DNA of 19,347 nucleotides from Promethearchaeota archaeon (GTDB taxonomy: Archaea; Asgardarchaeota; Lokiarchaeia; Sigyniarchaeales; SOKP01): positions 1 through 19,347 of the forward strand of contig JABCSY010000075.1 in assembly GCA_018238625.1 (NCBI GenBank), in the 5' to 3' direction. Below, one piece after another: positions 8,625-17,900 of this stretch. The notes beneath the pieces were generated by a model. That model searched no databases. It was not told the DNA's origin and worked only from the letters and a program-made list of their open reading frames with translations. The first letter of the stretch is position 1, and each line of letters opens with the position of its first letter. The position numbers were made by a program, and so were the translations under genes.

Positions 8625-9953
8625 TTAATACGCACTCCCTTTTTTCTTCGCTTCCATATAAGTAGCCAAAACTTGATTCATCATATCATCTGGACCAACA
8701 GTTAAAATATTAACACCTAAGTGTCTTACCTCTTGTTTAAATTTTAGGATGTGTTCCATCATTTCTTCGCTAATCGCTTCAGCAAGAGCTTTATCTGTTG
8801 ACGACAAATCAATTTCATGAATTTCAAACCAAGGGCTAAACGGATTGATAATTATAATTGTATGATTAAATGGAACTAATTTTCGAATTGCGTGTCCTAT
8901 TTCTTTAACATCTGCTTCTAAATCTGAAATAACAAATATTAAGCTACGTTTTTGGAATCGTCTGTTAAAAAAATCCATTGCTTCAACCATTCTTAACTTT
9001 CCTTGTGGTTTGACTTTTGCAACAAAATCTAATACTTGATAGAATTGATCATCTCCACTTCTGGGTTTTAAGAATTGTAGATTTTTCTTATCTGAAAAAG
9101 TAAATACACCCACATTATCTTTACGAGTTAAAGCCACTTTAGTTAACAGCATACAAGCTCTGATCGCGTATTCGAATTTTGTGTTTTCTATTGCACCACC
9201 TGCCATAGAACTCGATGAATCTACCAATATCATGATCGTTACGTCTCTTTCACTTTCAAATTCCCTTACTATTAACTTCTGGGTTCGAGCGCTCGCTTTC
9301 CAATCAATGAGTCTAAATTGATCTCCAAACACATACCTTCTCATTCCATAAAATTCTGAGCCAAGGCCCTTCTGTTTTGATCTCTGTAGCCCATAATTTA
9401 AAGTTAAAGAGCGTTTAGAACCTAAAATTTCTATTCTTTTTATATCTTCGTAAGGAGGATAAACCAATATATCTGAAACACTGTTAGGCACAACTCTTTC
9501 CACCGAATTAAAACCTAATCTATCTTTAACCGTTACAGATAGTGGACCTATAGGGTATTCACCCCTCACTTTTGGTTCCAGCACATAACTAAATTTTATT
9601 ATATTTTTTGGTCCTATTCTTGTAGAAATAAAATTTTCCCCCAATACTAATCTAAAAAGTTGAGGGTTGTAATAATCCCTTATTTCCAGAAAATCAAAAC
9701 TATTTTTCCCAGTATTCTCAATTACAACCTTTATATGAACAAAATCGTCTTTAAATACTTTTTCTTTTTCCAGTTCTCTATGTACTCGCAACTCTTCTAT
9801 GTTCATTTGGTAATAGAAAAGGGGTAAGCTTACAACGGTACTAAATAGCAAAAGTATAGCAAAATAAATCAAAAAATAATTCTCAAATGCAAATCCAGCT
9901 GTTAGAAAAAAAACTGAAAATAGAATTAAAATTCTTCCTTTTCCTCCTAACAT
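8625..9953 (-). CDS. DUF58 (COG1721-type) vWA-domain membrane protein, MoxR partner
   Basis: Has two N-terminal TM helices, an Ig-like region (RGEYPIGP..V.DRLG...ILVYP), the DUF58 signature GSEFYGMRRYVFGDQFRLIDWKASAR..KLIVREFESE, a MIDAS-like LVDSSSSM, and ISDL. Confidence 0.92.
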   Translation of the reverse strand: MLGGKGRILILFSVFFLTAGFAFENYFLIYFAILLLFSTVVSLPLFYYQMNIEELRVHRELEKEKVFKDDFVHIKVVIENTGKNSFDFLEIRDYYNPQLFRLVLGENFISTRIGPKNIIKFSYVLEPKVRGEYPIGPLSVTVKDRLGFNSVERVVPNSVSDILVYPPYEDIKRIEILGSKRSLTLNYGLQRSKQKGLGSEFYGMRRYVFGDQFRLIDWKASARTQKLIVREFESERDVTIMILVDSSSSMAGGAIENTKFEYAIRACMLLTKVALTRKDNVGVFTFSDKKNLQFLKPRSGDDQFYQVLDFVAKVKPQGKLRMVEAMDFFNRRFQKRSLIFVISDLEADVKEIGHAIRKLVPFNHTIIIINPFSPWFEIHEIDLSSTDKALAEAISEEMMEHILKFKQEVRHLGVNILTVGPDDMMNQVLATYMEAKKKGSAY

Positions 9954-9959
9954 TTTATT

Positions 9960-9964
9960 CCTCC
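9960..9964 (-). promoter_or_regulatory. Shine-Dalgarno-like site of the DUF58 gene
   Basis: GGAGG lies 6 nt upstream of the ATG at 9953 (minus strand GGAGGAATAAAATG). Confidence 0.55.
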
Positions 9965-10010
9965 ATTCTTAAATTATTTTGATTTTATTCCAATGTTTTT
10001 AGAAAAAAAA

Positions 10011-10991
10011 TTAAATAGGTATTGGTATATCTTCAACAATGTTCTTTATCACAGATTTAACATCTAGACCTTCTAATTCCGCTTCAGGCTTTAATAAAAT
10101 TCGGTGATTCAAAGCGGGAATAATTAATGCGCGTACATCATCTGGAGTTACATATACCCTTCCTAAAATTGCTGCTCTTGCTTTTGAGCATTTCATTAAT
10201 ACAAGCGATGCACGTGGTCCACATCCAAGAGCTATCTGAGGATGGTTCCGAGTTTTTATTACAATGTCTCTAATGTATTTTAAGATTCTAATATCTATGT
10301 AAACCATATTCATTAGTTTCTGAGCAGCAAGTATTTCTTCTCCGCTCGTTATTGCCGTTACTGATGGAGACTCTCCAGAGATTTGTCTTCTCATTATATC
10401 TACTTCTTCTTCTTGACTAGGATAATCTAACCAGACTTTCATAATGAAACGGTCTAGTTGTGCCTCTGGTAAAGGATATGTCCCTTCCATTTCCACCGGA
10501 TTTTCAGTAGCAACTACCATAAAGGGTTTATCAAGTGGAAGTGTATCTCCTTCTATAGTAATTTGTCTTTCGGCCATAGCTTCGAGTAGAGCTGCTTGTG
10601 TTTTAGGAGCGCTTCGATTAATCTCATCTGCTAAAACTATATTTGCAAAAAGGGGTCCTTTTTGAAGTACAAAAGCTCCTTCATTCTGATCAAAGATTTT
10701 TGTCCCAGTTATATCTGAAGGTAAAAGATCAGGCGTAAATTGCACCCTTCGAAACGAGATTCCAAGCGATTGCGCAAAAGTTTTTGCCATTACGGTCTTT
10801 CCCAATCCGGGAACTCCTTCAAGGAGAACGTGACCATTCACTAACAAAGCAATGAAGAGTTGTTGTAAAATTTCTCCGTATCCAACAATGACTCGGCTTA
10901 CTTCTGAAAGAACCTCTTGGGCAATTTCTCTAATAGGTTCCACATTTAATTCTTCTCTTTCGTAATATTTAGCTTTATTTGGGGCTTCCAT
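10011..10991 (-). CDS. moxR: MoxR-family AAA+ ATPase
   Basis: Motifs GHVLLEGVPGLGKT (Walker A), RVQFTPDLLPSDITG, LADEINR (Walker B), KTQAALLEAMAE, ATENPVEMEGTYPLPEAQLDRF, GPRAS, YVTPDDV and LNHRI. Confidence 0.96.
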   Translation of the reverse strand: MEAPNKAKYYEREELNVEPIREIAQEVLSEVSRVIVGYGEILQQLFIALLVNGHVLLEGVPGLGKTVMAKTFAQSLGISFRRVQFTPDLLPSDITGTKIFDQNEGAFVLQKGPLFANIVLADEINRSAPKTQAALLEAMAERQITIEGDTLPLDKPFMVVATENPVEMEGTYPLPEAQLDRFIMKVWLDYPSQEEEVDIMRRQISGESPSVTAITSGEEILAAQKLMNMVYIDIRILKYIRDIVIKTRNHPQIALGCGPRASLVLMKCSKARAAILGRVYVTPDDVRALIIPALNHRILLKPEAELEGLDVKSVIKNIVEDIPIPI

Positions 10992-10996
10992 TATTT

Positions 10997-11006
10997 ATCA
11001 CATTCC
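10997..11006 (-). promoter_or_regulatory. Shine-Dalgarno-like site of moxR
   Basis: The minus strand reads GGAATGTGATAAATAATG. GTGAT lies 5 nt upstream of the ATG, a partial match to archaeal GGAGGTGAT. Confidence 0.4.
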
Positions 11007-11082
11007 TTTTTTTTATATTTTTAATTGATTTTTAATATTTTCTTTTTATTTTTAATTTAAATTAATTACCATGAACTATTCT

Positions 11083-12807
11083 TTATATGTTATTAACCAC
11101 CCATTCCATTTCAAAAAATAGGTTTTCAAAATCTTGTTCATTTTTTACTTTCATTCTTCCTTCTTTAATTGCTATAATTCTATCCATAAATTTAGAAATC
11201 CTTCTAATCTTAAGTTTTGTTATTTTTGGGTCTTTCGCAATCACCATTGCCATTACATTTTGAGTGGTAATTTTACGACCACTTAAAAGGGCATTTAATT
11301 TTCGCTCTAATCTCCTATAGAGTAACGTCAGAGCCTTTCCATATCTGCTTTTTTCTCTATACCACTCAATTTTTTCGGCAAAAAAGGACGAAGTTCTAAA
11401 TCGCTCTCTTTCTTCTTCAGTTTCTTGTTCTTTTGCCTTCTTTTTTTCCTTCTTTTTGTCTTTTTTAGGTAAATACTTCTTCATTGAATATATCGCTAAT
11501 AGCGGATAAATCCACGCTGTAATTGGATTCGTGCTCAAATGAACAATATATTGAGTGATAAACCCAAAGATTCCTGCTGAAGTAAAATCTCTTGAATATT
11601 CTGGTCGTATGTGAGCTTCATCGAAAATTACAACCCAATCTTCTTTCGATTCGCCATACGTTAACCAATCTATAATATTTTTACCAAACTGGGAATTATC
11701 ATATCCAGGTTCATTAATCAATTCGTTATTAAATAAGCTAGCATCAGCTGATAAGAAAACTCTAGAATTTCCAGCTTCTTTAGACATAAAAACCCCTTGT
11801 GAATAACCACCAAGTGGCCACTTAGCAGGAAATCCGGGGAGCATTCCGGCTACTAAACTTAAATCAACATAATCATCGTCAAAATTATACATATGGTCGT
11901 CATTTTTGTCAACATATCCATAATCAGAACTAGAGCCAACCAAATCCCATCCAAAATAGGAAATAAACGGACCTCCAACAACACAAGATGCTTGTGAGAG
12001 AATTACGTCGCTAATCCCAACAGTAGTAGGATGGGGGTTGAATGACCTTATTACGGGAAAATCTGGGCGCGTATCGTATGAGGCGTTATCACGTAGTATA
12101 CCGTTAGGGAATATCGTAACAGGCACGGCTCCTTGAAGATCTGGGTCTATAGCACTTGCGATAAAAATTTCCCATAAGAGCGTGCTCGTGCTTCCATGGT
12201 CGTGACATATAAACAACGAATTCTTTATATCACTATCAAAAAAATCAATGAAATATGGGATCTCAAATACGGGGTTGTAAAATTGATTTGGTCCTAATAG
12301 GATCAACAAAATAGATTTATTTAGTCTTTCTGTGGCGCTCAAGCTGGATTGAATAGTCATTACATCATAACCTTCAAGTTCAATAGTACGCTTAAAATCG
12401 GATGCACCATTCCAATTACTATTATACACAGAAAAGTTTTGGTCATTTTTCCCTGAATCGATTATTGAACCAAATAAAGGTATAAACGTAAAGATAAAAA
12501 TCACTAAAAATAAAGCCTCTTTATACGCAGTCCCCGTTTTCACTTTTTTACGAGATTGTATTTCTCTTGATTTTTGAATAGTTATATTTCTAATAAAAAT
12601 TACTAAGCCAAATCCTAAAAATATCGCTCCAATGTAACAAACAAGAGGAATATAACTTATAAAAAACGGGAGAGCTTCACCCGTATAAATTTCGATGAAA
12701 TTAGTAATAAAAATACCATAGACTACTAGAAAAACCGTGAAAAACGCTATGATTATGCCCTTTGAAAAAGTAACATTACTTCCTGATGGTTTTCCAACAC
12801 TCGACAT
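11083..12807 (-). CDS. DUF4350-type membrane protein with a C-terminal cytoplasmic helical domain
   Basis: Three N-terminal hydrophobic segments are followed by FSVYNSNWNGASDF, LILLGP, VFLSADASLFNNELI...N..F..NIIDWL and VIFDEAH, motifs typical of archaeal DUF4350/GATase1-like domains. Then come a further TM, a polybasic run and a helical tail. It lies directly upstream of moxR. Confidence 0.75.
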   Translation of the reverse strand: MSSVGKPSGSNVTFSKGIIIAFFTVFLVVYGIFITNFIEIYTGEALPFFISYIPLVCYIGAIFLGFGLVIFIRNITIQKSREIQSRKKVKTGTAYKEALFLVIFIFTFIPLFGSIIDSGKNDQNFSVYNSNWNGASDFKRTIELEGYDVMTIQSSLSATERLNKSILLILLGPNQFYNPVFEIPYFIDFFDSDIKNSLFICHDHGSTSTLLWEIFIASAIDPDLQGAVPVTIFPNGILRDNASYDTRPDFPVIRSFNPHPTTVGISDVILSQASCVVGGPFISYFGWDLVGSSSDYGYVDKNDDHMYNFDDDYVDLSLVAGMLPGFPAKWPLGGYSQGVFMSKEAGNSRVFLSADASLFNNELINEPGYDNSQFGKNIIDWLTYGESKEDWVVIFDEAHIRPEYSRDFTSAGIFGFITQYIVHLSTNPITAWIYPLLAIYSMKKYLPKKDKKKEKKKAKEQETEEERERFRTSSFFAEKIEWYREKSRYGKALTLLYRRLERKLNALLSGRKITTQNVMAMVIAKDPKITKLKIRRISKFMDRIIAIKEGRMKVKNEQDFENLFFEMEWVVNNI

Positions 12808-12867
12808 TTTAATATTTATAATGCGTATTTTTTTTTTACTTATTTTGAAATATACTGTTGTGTTTTA

Positions 12868-13248
12868 CTAAAAACTTACTGTTGGCAATGTCTTTCCTGT
12901 TATATCGTTGTATAAATTTGAAAATAGTTGAACTGTAAAATTTAGCTCTTTATTTGTTGGTTCTATGCCACCATATATAATATCCTCGATTTTTTTAATA
13001 AAAGGGTATATGGATTCTGGCTTTTGATCTAACTCGGTAACACATCTAATCGCATATTCTCGTATCGTTTGGTGAGCTAATCTTGGTTTTTTGAATTTTA
13101 ATGTTATTATATCGTTGTAAATAAGATAGATATATGCTATTGCTTCTTTTGCTCTATTAGTATCAACTAGTACTTTTGCATTCTCAAATTTTTGCTTAAT
13201 ATCTACTTCAGGTTCTTGCTCTTTTTTTGATTTTTTCTTTTTTGCCAT
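12868..13248 (-). CDS. Small soluble helical protein, DUF4129-like, paralogous to the C-terminus of the upstream gene
   Basis: The ATG at 13248 (MAKKKKSKK) is preferred to the TTG at 13260. R...QTIREYA...F...E.IIYG resembles the DUF4129 pattern (R..xeT.rEy...F....YG). It aligns visibly to the C-terminus of 13352..14929. Confidence 0.75.
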   Translation of the reverse strand: MAKKKKSKKEQEPEVDIKQKFENAKVLVDTNRAKEAIAYIYLIYNDIITLKFKKPRLAHQTIREYAIRCVTELDQKPESIYPFIKKIEDIIYGGIEPTNKELNFTVQLFSNLYNDITGKTLPTVSF

Positions 13249-13351
13249 ATTCTTTACCAATTTGTGTAATTTTTAAATTAATTAATTCATACTTATTTTT
13301 GGTTTTAAATTTTTTTCTACTTTTTTTTTATATATTTTTTACTTCTATTTT

Positions 13352-14929
13352 TTAAAAATTTAATACAAAATTGTAACCTGTTAATTCGAAATATATAGGT
13401 GAAAATAAATTAATTGTGTTATAAAATTCATTATCTGTAATTTGAAACGGTTTAGCATAAATAATTTCCTCAACTTTTTGTATAAAAGGATAAATTGTGG
13501 TTGGGGATAGCTTTAATTTTTTAACAGAAATTATAGCAAAATCTCTTATAGTTTCATTATCACTTCGAGTTCTTCCAAACTTAGCATTTATTAAATCCAA
13601 ATAAATTGCATTAAATAGGTAGGACAGGGATTCTTCTAATCTTCCTGTATCCTTAAGAATTTTCAGGTTTATTATTTTACTTTCAAGAGGTAAATTTACG
13701 ACTTTAGATAGCTTATCTTGCTTTTTATAGTAACGATATCCATAAAATCCTAATCCCCCAAGGACAATTGCCAAGATTGGAATAAACACAGAGAAAAAAA
13801 CTAAAAAGGGAGCAGCATCTTGGGGTGGTGTAAGCACTGTTTGTGCCGCTTGAACATCAAAGAAGTGCGTTGTAATAATATTTTTCCCGAGATTGTCAAC
13901 TAATTCTATAGTGATAAAACTTAATCCGGCCGAAGCATTAAGCGGATGAGTGTAAGAAAATTCCCCATTTGATTCTGTTTGGACTGTATTTATAGGAATT
14001 CCATTATAAACAATCCTTATTGTTCTATTATTAATTCTAAGATTAGGATCTGTTCTAGAGACTACTTGACCTGAGATTATTAAATCAGATGATGCCCTAA
14101 TGGTCGTAGGTAAATCCCAAATACAAGAAATATTAGCAAATAATTTTGTGTCGGATAAAAAAATTTCAGTATAATTTATTTCTGGGGGCGATTCAAACGT
14201 GAGTTTTAAATCCAAATCATCTATGCCAACATCTGGAATAGATATGCTTTGAATTAACCCTACACCATCTGTCAATATTAGATTACTATCAATAACAGTA
14301 GGACCATCGTACCAATAATAATTAATGGATGCAGATGGAATTCCTGTTCCGTTAAAAAATCTTAAATAACCATCTAAATCAAAATTAAAATCTTCTCCAG
14401 TTAATTTTGGAGTAAATGGTTCGTTAATGTTAAAAAAAGAAGTAGTATTTACATCTATCACATAATAGGTACGATATTCAACGGTATTAGGTGGAGAGAG
14501 AACAGTTGCTTCTATTTTGTGTGATGAATAAATATTTAGAGAAGGATCAATTGTATAAATTATTTCAAAATCTCCATTAAAATCAGTTGTATCGTTAATA
14601 CTAGAGTAAACAACATCGTCAACCTCTATTGCAACAACATAACCTTGTTTTCCTGTATCATTAATCCTATTAAAGAGTCTTCCTTGTATACTAATTATTG
14701 TATTATGAGTAAATCGAGAGTTGTTTATTCCTGTAGGATTTGTTAGATCTAATGTTGCCCAAATACCTGAACTCTTAATATACTGATCTTGAAAGTGAGT
14801 AGTATGATAATTTGATTCTCGAAGATTTATCATAGCTGGAAATAAGATGAAGATACAAATCAATATGAGAATTTTATACTGAATTTTTTTATTTGGTTTT
14901 AAAAAATTTACAATTCTCATAATCATCAT
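13352..14929 (-). CDS. Cell-surface protein: signal/anchor helix, about three Ig-like beta domains, TM helix, cytoplasmic DUF4129-like domain
   Basis: N-terminal basic plus hydrophobic segment (KKIQYKILILICIFILFPAMI). Three beta-rich units share G[RYQ][LV]...T[DE]xxG. TM is FLVFFSVFIPILAIVLGGLGFYGY followed by RYYKK. C-terminus has RSDNETIRDFA...IYPFIQKVEEIIYA. The exact start Met (14929/14926/14920) is uncertain. Confidence 0.8.
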   Translation of the reverse strand: MMIMRIVNFLKPNKKIQYKILILICIFILFPAMINLRESNYHTTHFQDQYIKSSGIWATLDLTNPTGINNSRFTHNTIISIQGRLFNRINDTGKQGYVVAIEVDDVVYSSINDTTDFNGDFEIIYTIDPSLNIYSSHKIEATVLSPPNTVEYRTYYVIDVNTTSFFNINEPFTPKLTGEDFNFDLDGYLRFFNGTGIPSASINYYWYDGPTVIDSNLILTDGVGLIQSISIPDVGIDDLDLKLTFESPPEINYTEIFLSDTKLFANISCIWDLPTTIRASSDLIISGQVVSRTDPNLRINNRTIRIVYNGIPINTVQTESNGEFSYTHPLNASAGLSFITIELVDNLGKNIITTHFFDVQAAQTVLTPPQDAAPFLVFFSVFIPILAIVLGGLGFYGYRYYKKQDKLSKVVNLPLESKIINLKILKDTGRLEESLSYLFNAIYLDLINAKFGRTRSDNETIRDFAIISVKKLKLSPTTIYPFIQKVEEIIYAKPFQITDNEFYNTINLFSPIYFELTGYNFVLNF

Positions 14930-14952
14930 CTATAAAACTAAATTTTCTTAAA

Positions 14953-17900
14953 TTAAGGCTCCCTATATACTTCTATTTCAAAAAATTCTACATAATAATA
15001 GTCAGGTGCACTGAAATTGTCTTCTGGGTAAAATGTGACCCAAACTTCGGCATTGTCAGGCCAATTACCAACAAGTAAAGTAATATTGAAGAACCCACTA
15101 ATATCTGTGACCCCAGTAGCTGTTGCTAGCACATTACCTATACTATCTCTAATCGTAACATTTACCTCCATAAAAGCCATGGCAGTACCGTTATCCCAGG
15201 TTAAGAATCCGTAAACATATAAATTATCACCCTCATAAAATTGATCTTTAACAATTTGAGTATCATAATTTCCATTTATATTAATACCAGCAGTAATATT
15301 TATTGAGATTAACGTACTTATTGAGATTTCTGCATAATTTGTCAGAGAGATTCCAAAATCATTCATACTTCCCGTAAAATTAATAAGAATGTAATAATTG
15401 CCTTGAGGGCAACTTAAAAATATTCCACTATTATCGTATAAATAATTTCCACCAAAAATAGTTCTAAATTGAGGACCGTTTAAGTTTAAATAACCAGAAA
15501 CATCTACAAAGGAAGCATCCAATAAGATAAGTCCTATTATTAACCCATCTAGATTCGTTCCGTTCTGTTGAAGAATTCCATCAACATTAAACTGATGGAA
15601 ATTTCTCTGGATAACATTTCTATCCAAGTTAATAGAAATATCAATAGTTTCATTAATAACAACATAAGTTGTGTTAAAAGCACTAAATGTATGATAATTA
15701 ACTCTAAATCTTATCAAACCTGCATGTAAATCGTTTGTAGAAAGATTAAATTGAACGAAACCAGTTGAAGAACCTGGAAACATGTATGAATCTAGAAGGA
15801 TATTAGTGTAATCGTCATAGATGTATACAGTTCTAGTATCAAATGACTCGACATGAATTAGCTGTACTTGAACATGGATTATCTCACCAAAATTGTATGT
15901 TTCTGGCGGATTTTCATTGTCATAAAAGGGGAGTGTTGGATTACCCTCAACAGATAATAGTATATCGAGGTTTTCAGGATCAATTACTTTAAGCTCATGA
16001 TAACCGTTTGTAATATTATTGAAATTACTAAAACTACCTAAATAAAAATCATGTTCATTATACTGATTATTTGGTGCTGAATATCTAAAGATCCCACCAA
16101 ATTCGATTTGAATTGTGTAATTTTTATCTGGTGTTGAGCTTGAAACTGAATAAGTTAAATCAAATTCTCCAGATTCGTCTAACCATAATGTTCCTCCATC
16201 TAGAGAAAGATAATAGACTTCTGTAGGTCCATCATACAAATGCACATGAATTCTAGCGTATTTAATTGGAATACCGTTAGTTGAATCGTTAACATATCCA
16301 CGAAGGTTAAAGGTTCTACCGGTCGGACCGCTTCTTAAAATTTCTCGAGGTTCTGGACCACTTTCAAGATCTACAATTATAGGAGTATCATATATGAAAT
16401 ATGAATAATTATTGTTTGATCCCCACTTAGCATAAATTAAATGGGGTCCAGCGACAGTAGAAGATCCAGTCGAATATATTAGTTGAGTAAATCCATTTAT
16501 TGTTTGGGCTGAACCAATCGTTATTCCTTGAGTTACATCATAAAAATTTATCCATTCTCCATCCCCAATCGGAACACCCCCCCATTCAAGATAAACAGAT
16601 AAATTTATTTTGCCATTCTGGTTGATAACAGGTTGATTATAATCGTCAAAAGTAGTACCATTTATCCAAAAATTAAATGTTAAAGTAGTTGGGGTCATTA
16701 CCATTAGTTCATTCATAAATGCCGAGGAAGTATTAATGTAAGGTAAATTAAAAAAGGTGGGATATTCGGGATGCCAAGTATAATCAATAGTTCCATTAAA
16801 ATCAAGTCTTAAGGTATAATTTCCTGTTGGTGTATTTGATGCAACTTCAAAATTTAAATTAAAATATCCGTTAAAATCTGTCCATATAGTATCGCTTGGT
16901 GTTAAATAAAGGGAATAATCCGTTCCACCTTTTAGTAATTTTAAATTTAATCGTGAAAATTTAATAGGGTTATTGTTAATACTATCTAAAATTTCTCCTT
17001 CAATGTTAAATATTGTATTACTGGCTCCAACGGAAGTACGATTAATTTCTCGGGGCGTTGGTCCAGATAAAATGTTAATTGTTGGTTCTTCATTTAATAT
17101 AAAATAAGTATAATTTTCTTCAATTCCTATTTTAGCATATAATAGGTTCGGACCTGTAGTAATAGAATTTCCTACAAAATAGTTAAGAGTTGTTATTCCA
17201 TTAACATTTGTCGTGTTCGAGCCTATTTGAATACCTCTCGTGTAATCGTAAAAGGTAACATCTTGATTAGCTAATGGATAGTTAGTTTCGTTTACGACTT
17301 TAGCCTTTAGAATAACTGTCGATGTTCTGTTTACAACGGGAGAATTGGGGATATCTGATGGAACATCGTTGATATAAAACCATACTTTTTTAACAACACC
17401 TTCAGTTACATTAAAATCCATCCTGTTACTTGAATCGTTTACAAATCCCACAGCATAAGCCGTAAAATACCAACTTCCGTTAGTATCTACTCTTAATTCA
17501 TAATTTCCTACTGAAACAGAAGGATCAACATTAATATCAACATTAAAATCTCCGTTTAAATCGGTAGTTGTATATGTGATATCAAAGGGAGGAGTTCCAA
17601 CTCGAGTATTTGTTCCTTTTTGAAGTAATATAAATTCTAAAGTTGTTCCGCCAACTCGTTGATTATTAATTGGGTCAATCACATACCCTTGAACATTTGT
17701 CATTGTATCTATCGATATATTTACTTCTTGTGGATTAATATTTTGAAGATTGACTTGAATATCTCCATATACGGTATATTCAGTGGTGTCGTTAACATTA
17801 GGACTAAATTGAGCAAACATATAATGGGGTCCAACAACTTGTGTGTCGTCAATATTAATTAAGAGTGAAGCTTCTCCATACGAATTAGTATCTATTTGAC

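Noticed and set aside
10444-10665. 73-aa plus-strand ORF
   Set aside because: Antisense to the conserved core of moxR, with composition typical of a reverse-frame artefact.
13249-13260. TTG start at 13260 for the small helical protein
   Set aside because: An in-frame ATG four codons later (13248) is the more plausible start.
14900-14960. Frameshift or pseudogene break joining the giant gene and the 525-aa gene
   Set aside because: The downstream gene has its own Met starts and a basic-plus-hydrophobic export signal, which a mere broken fragment would not have.
17659-17862. 67-aa plus-strand ORF
   Set aside because: Antisense shadow within the giant surface-protein gene.
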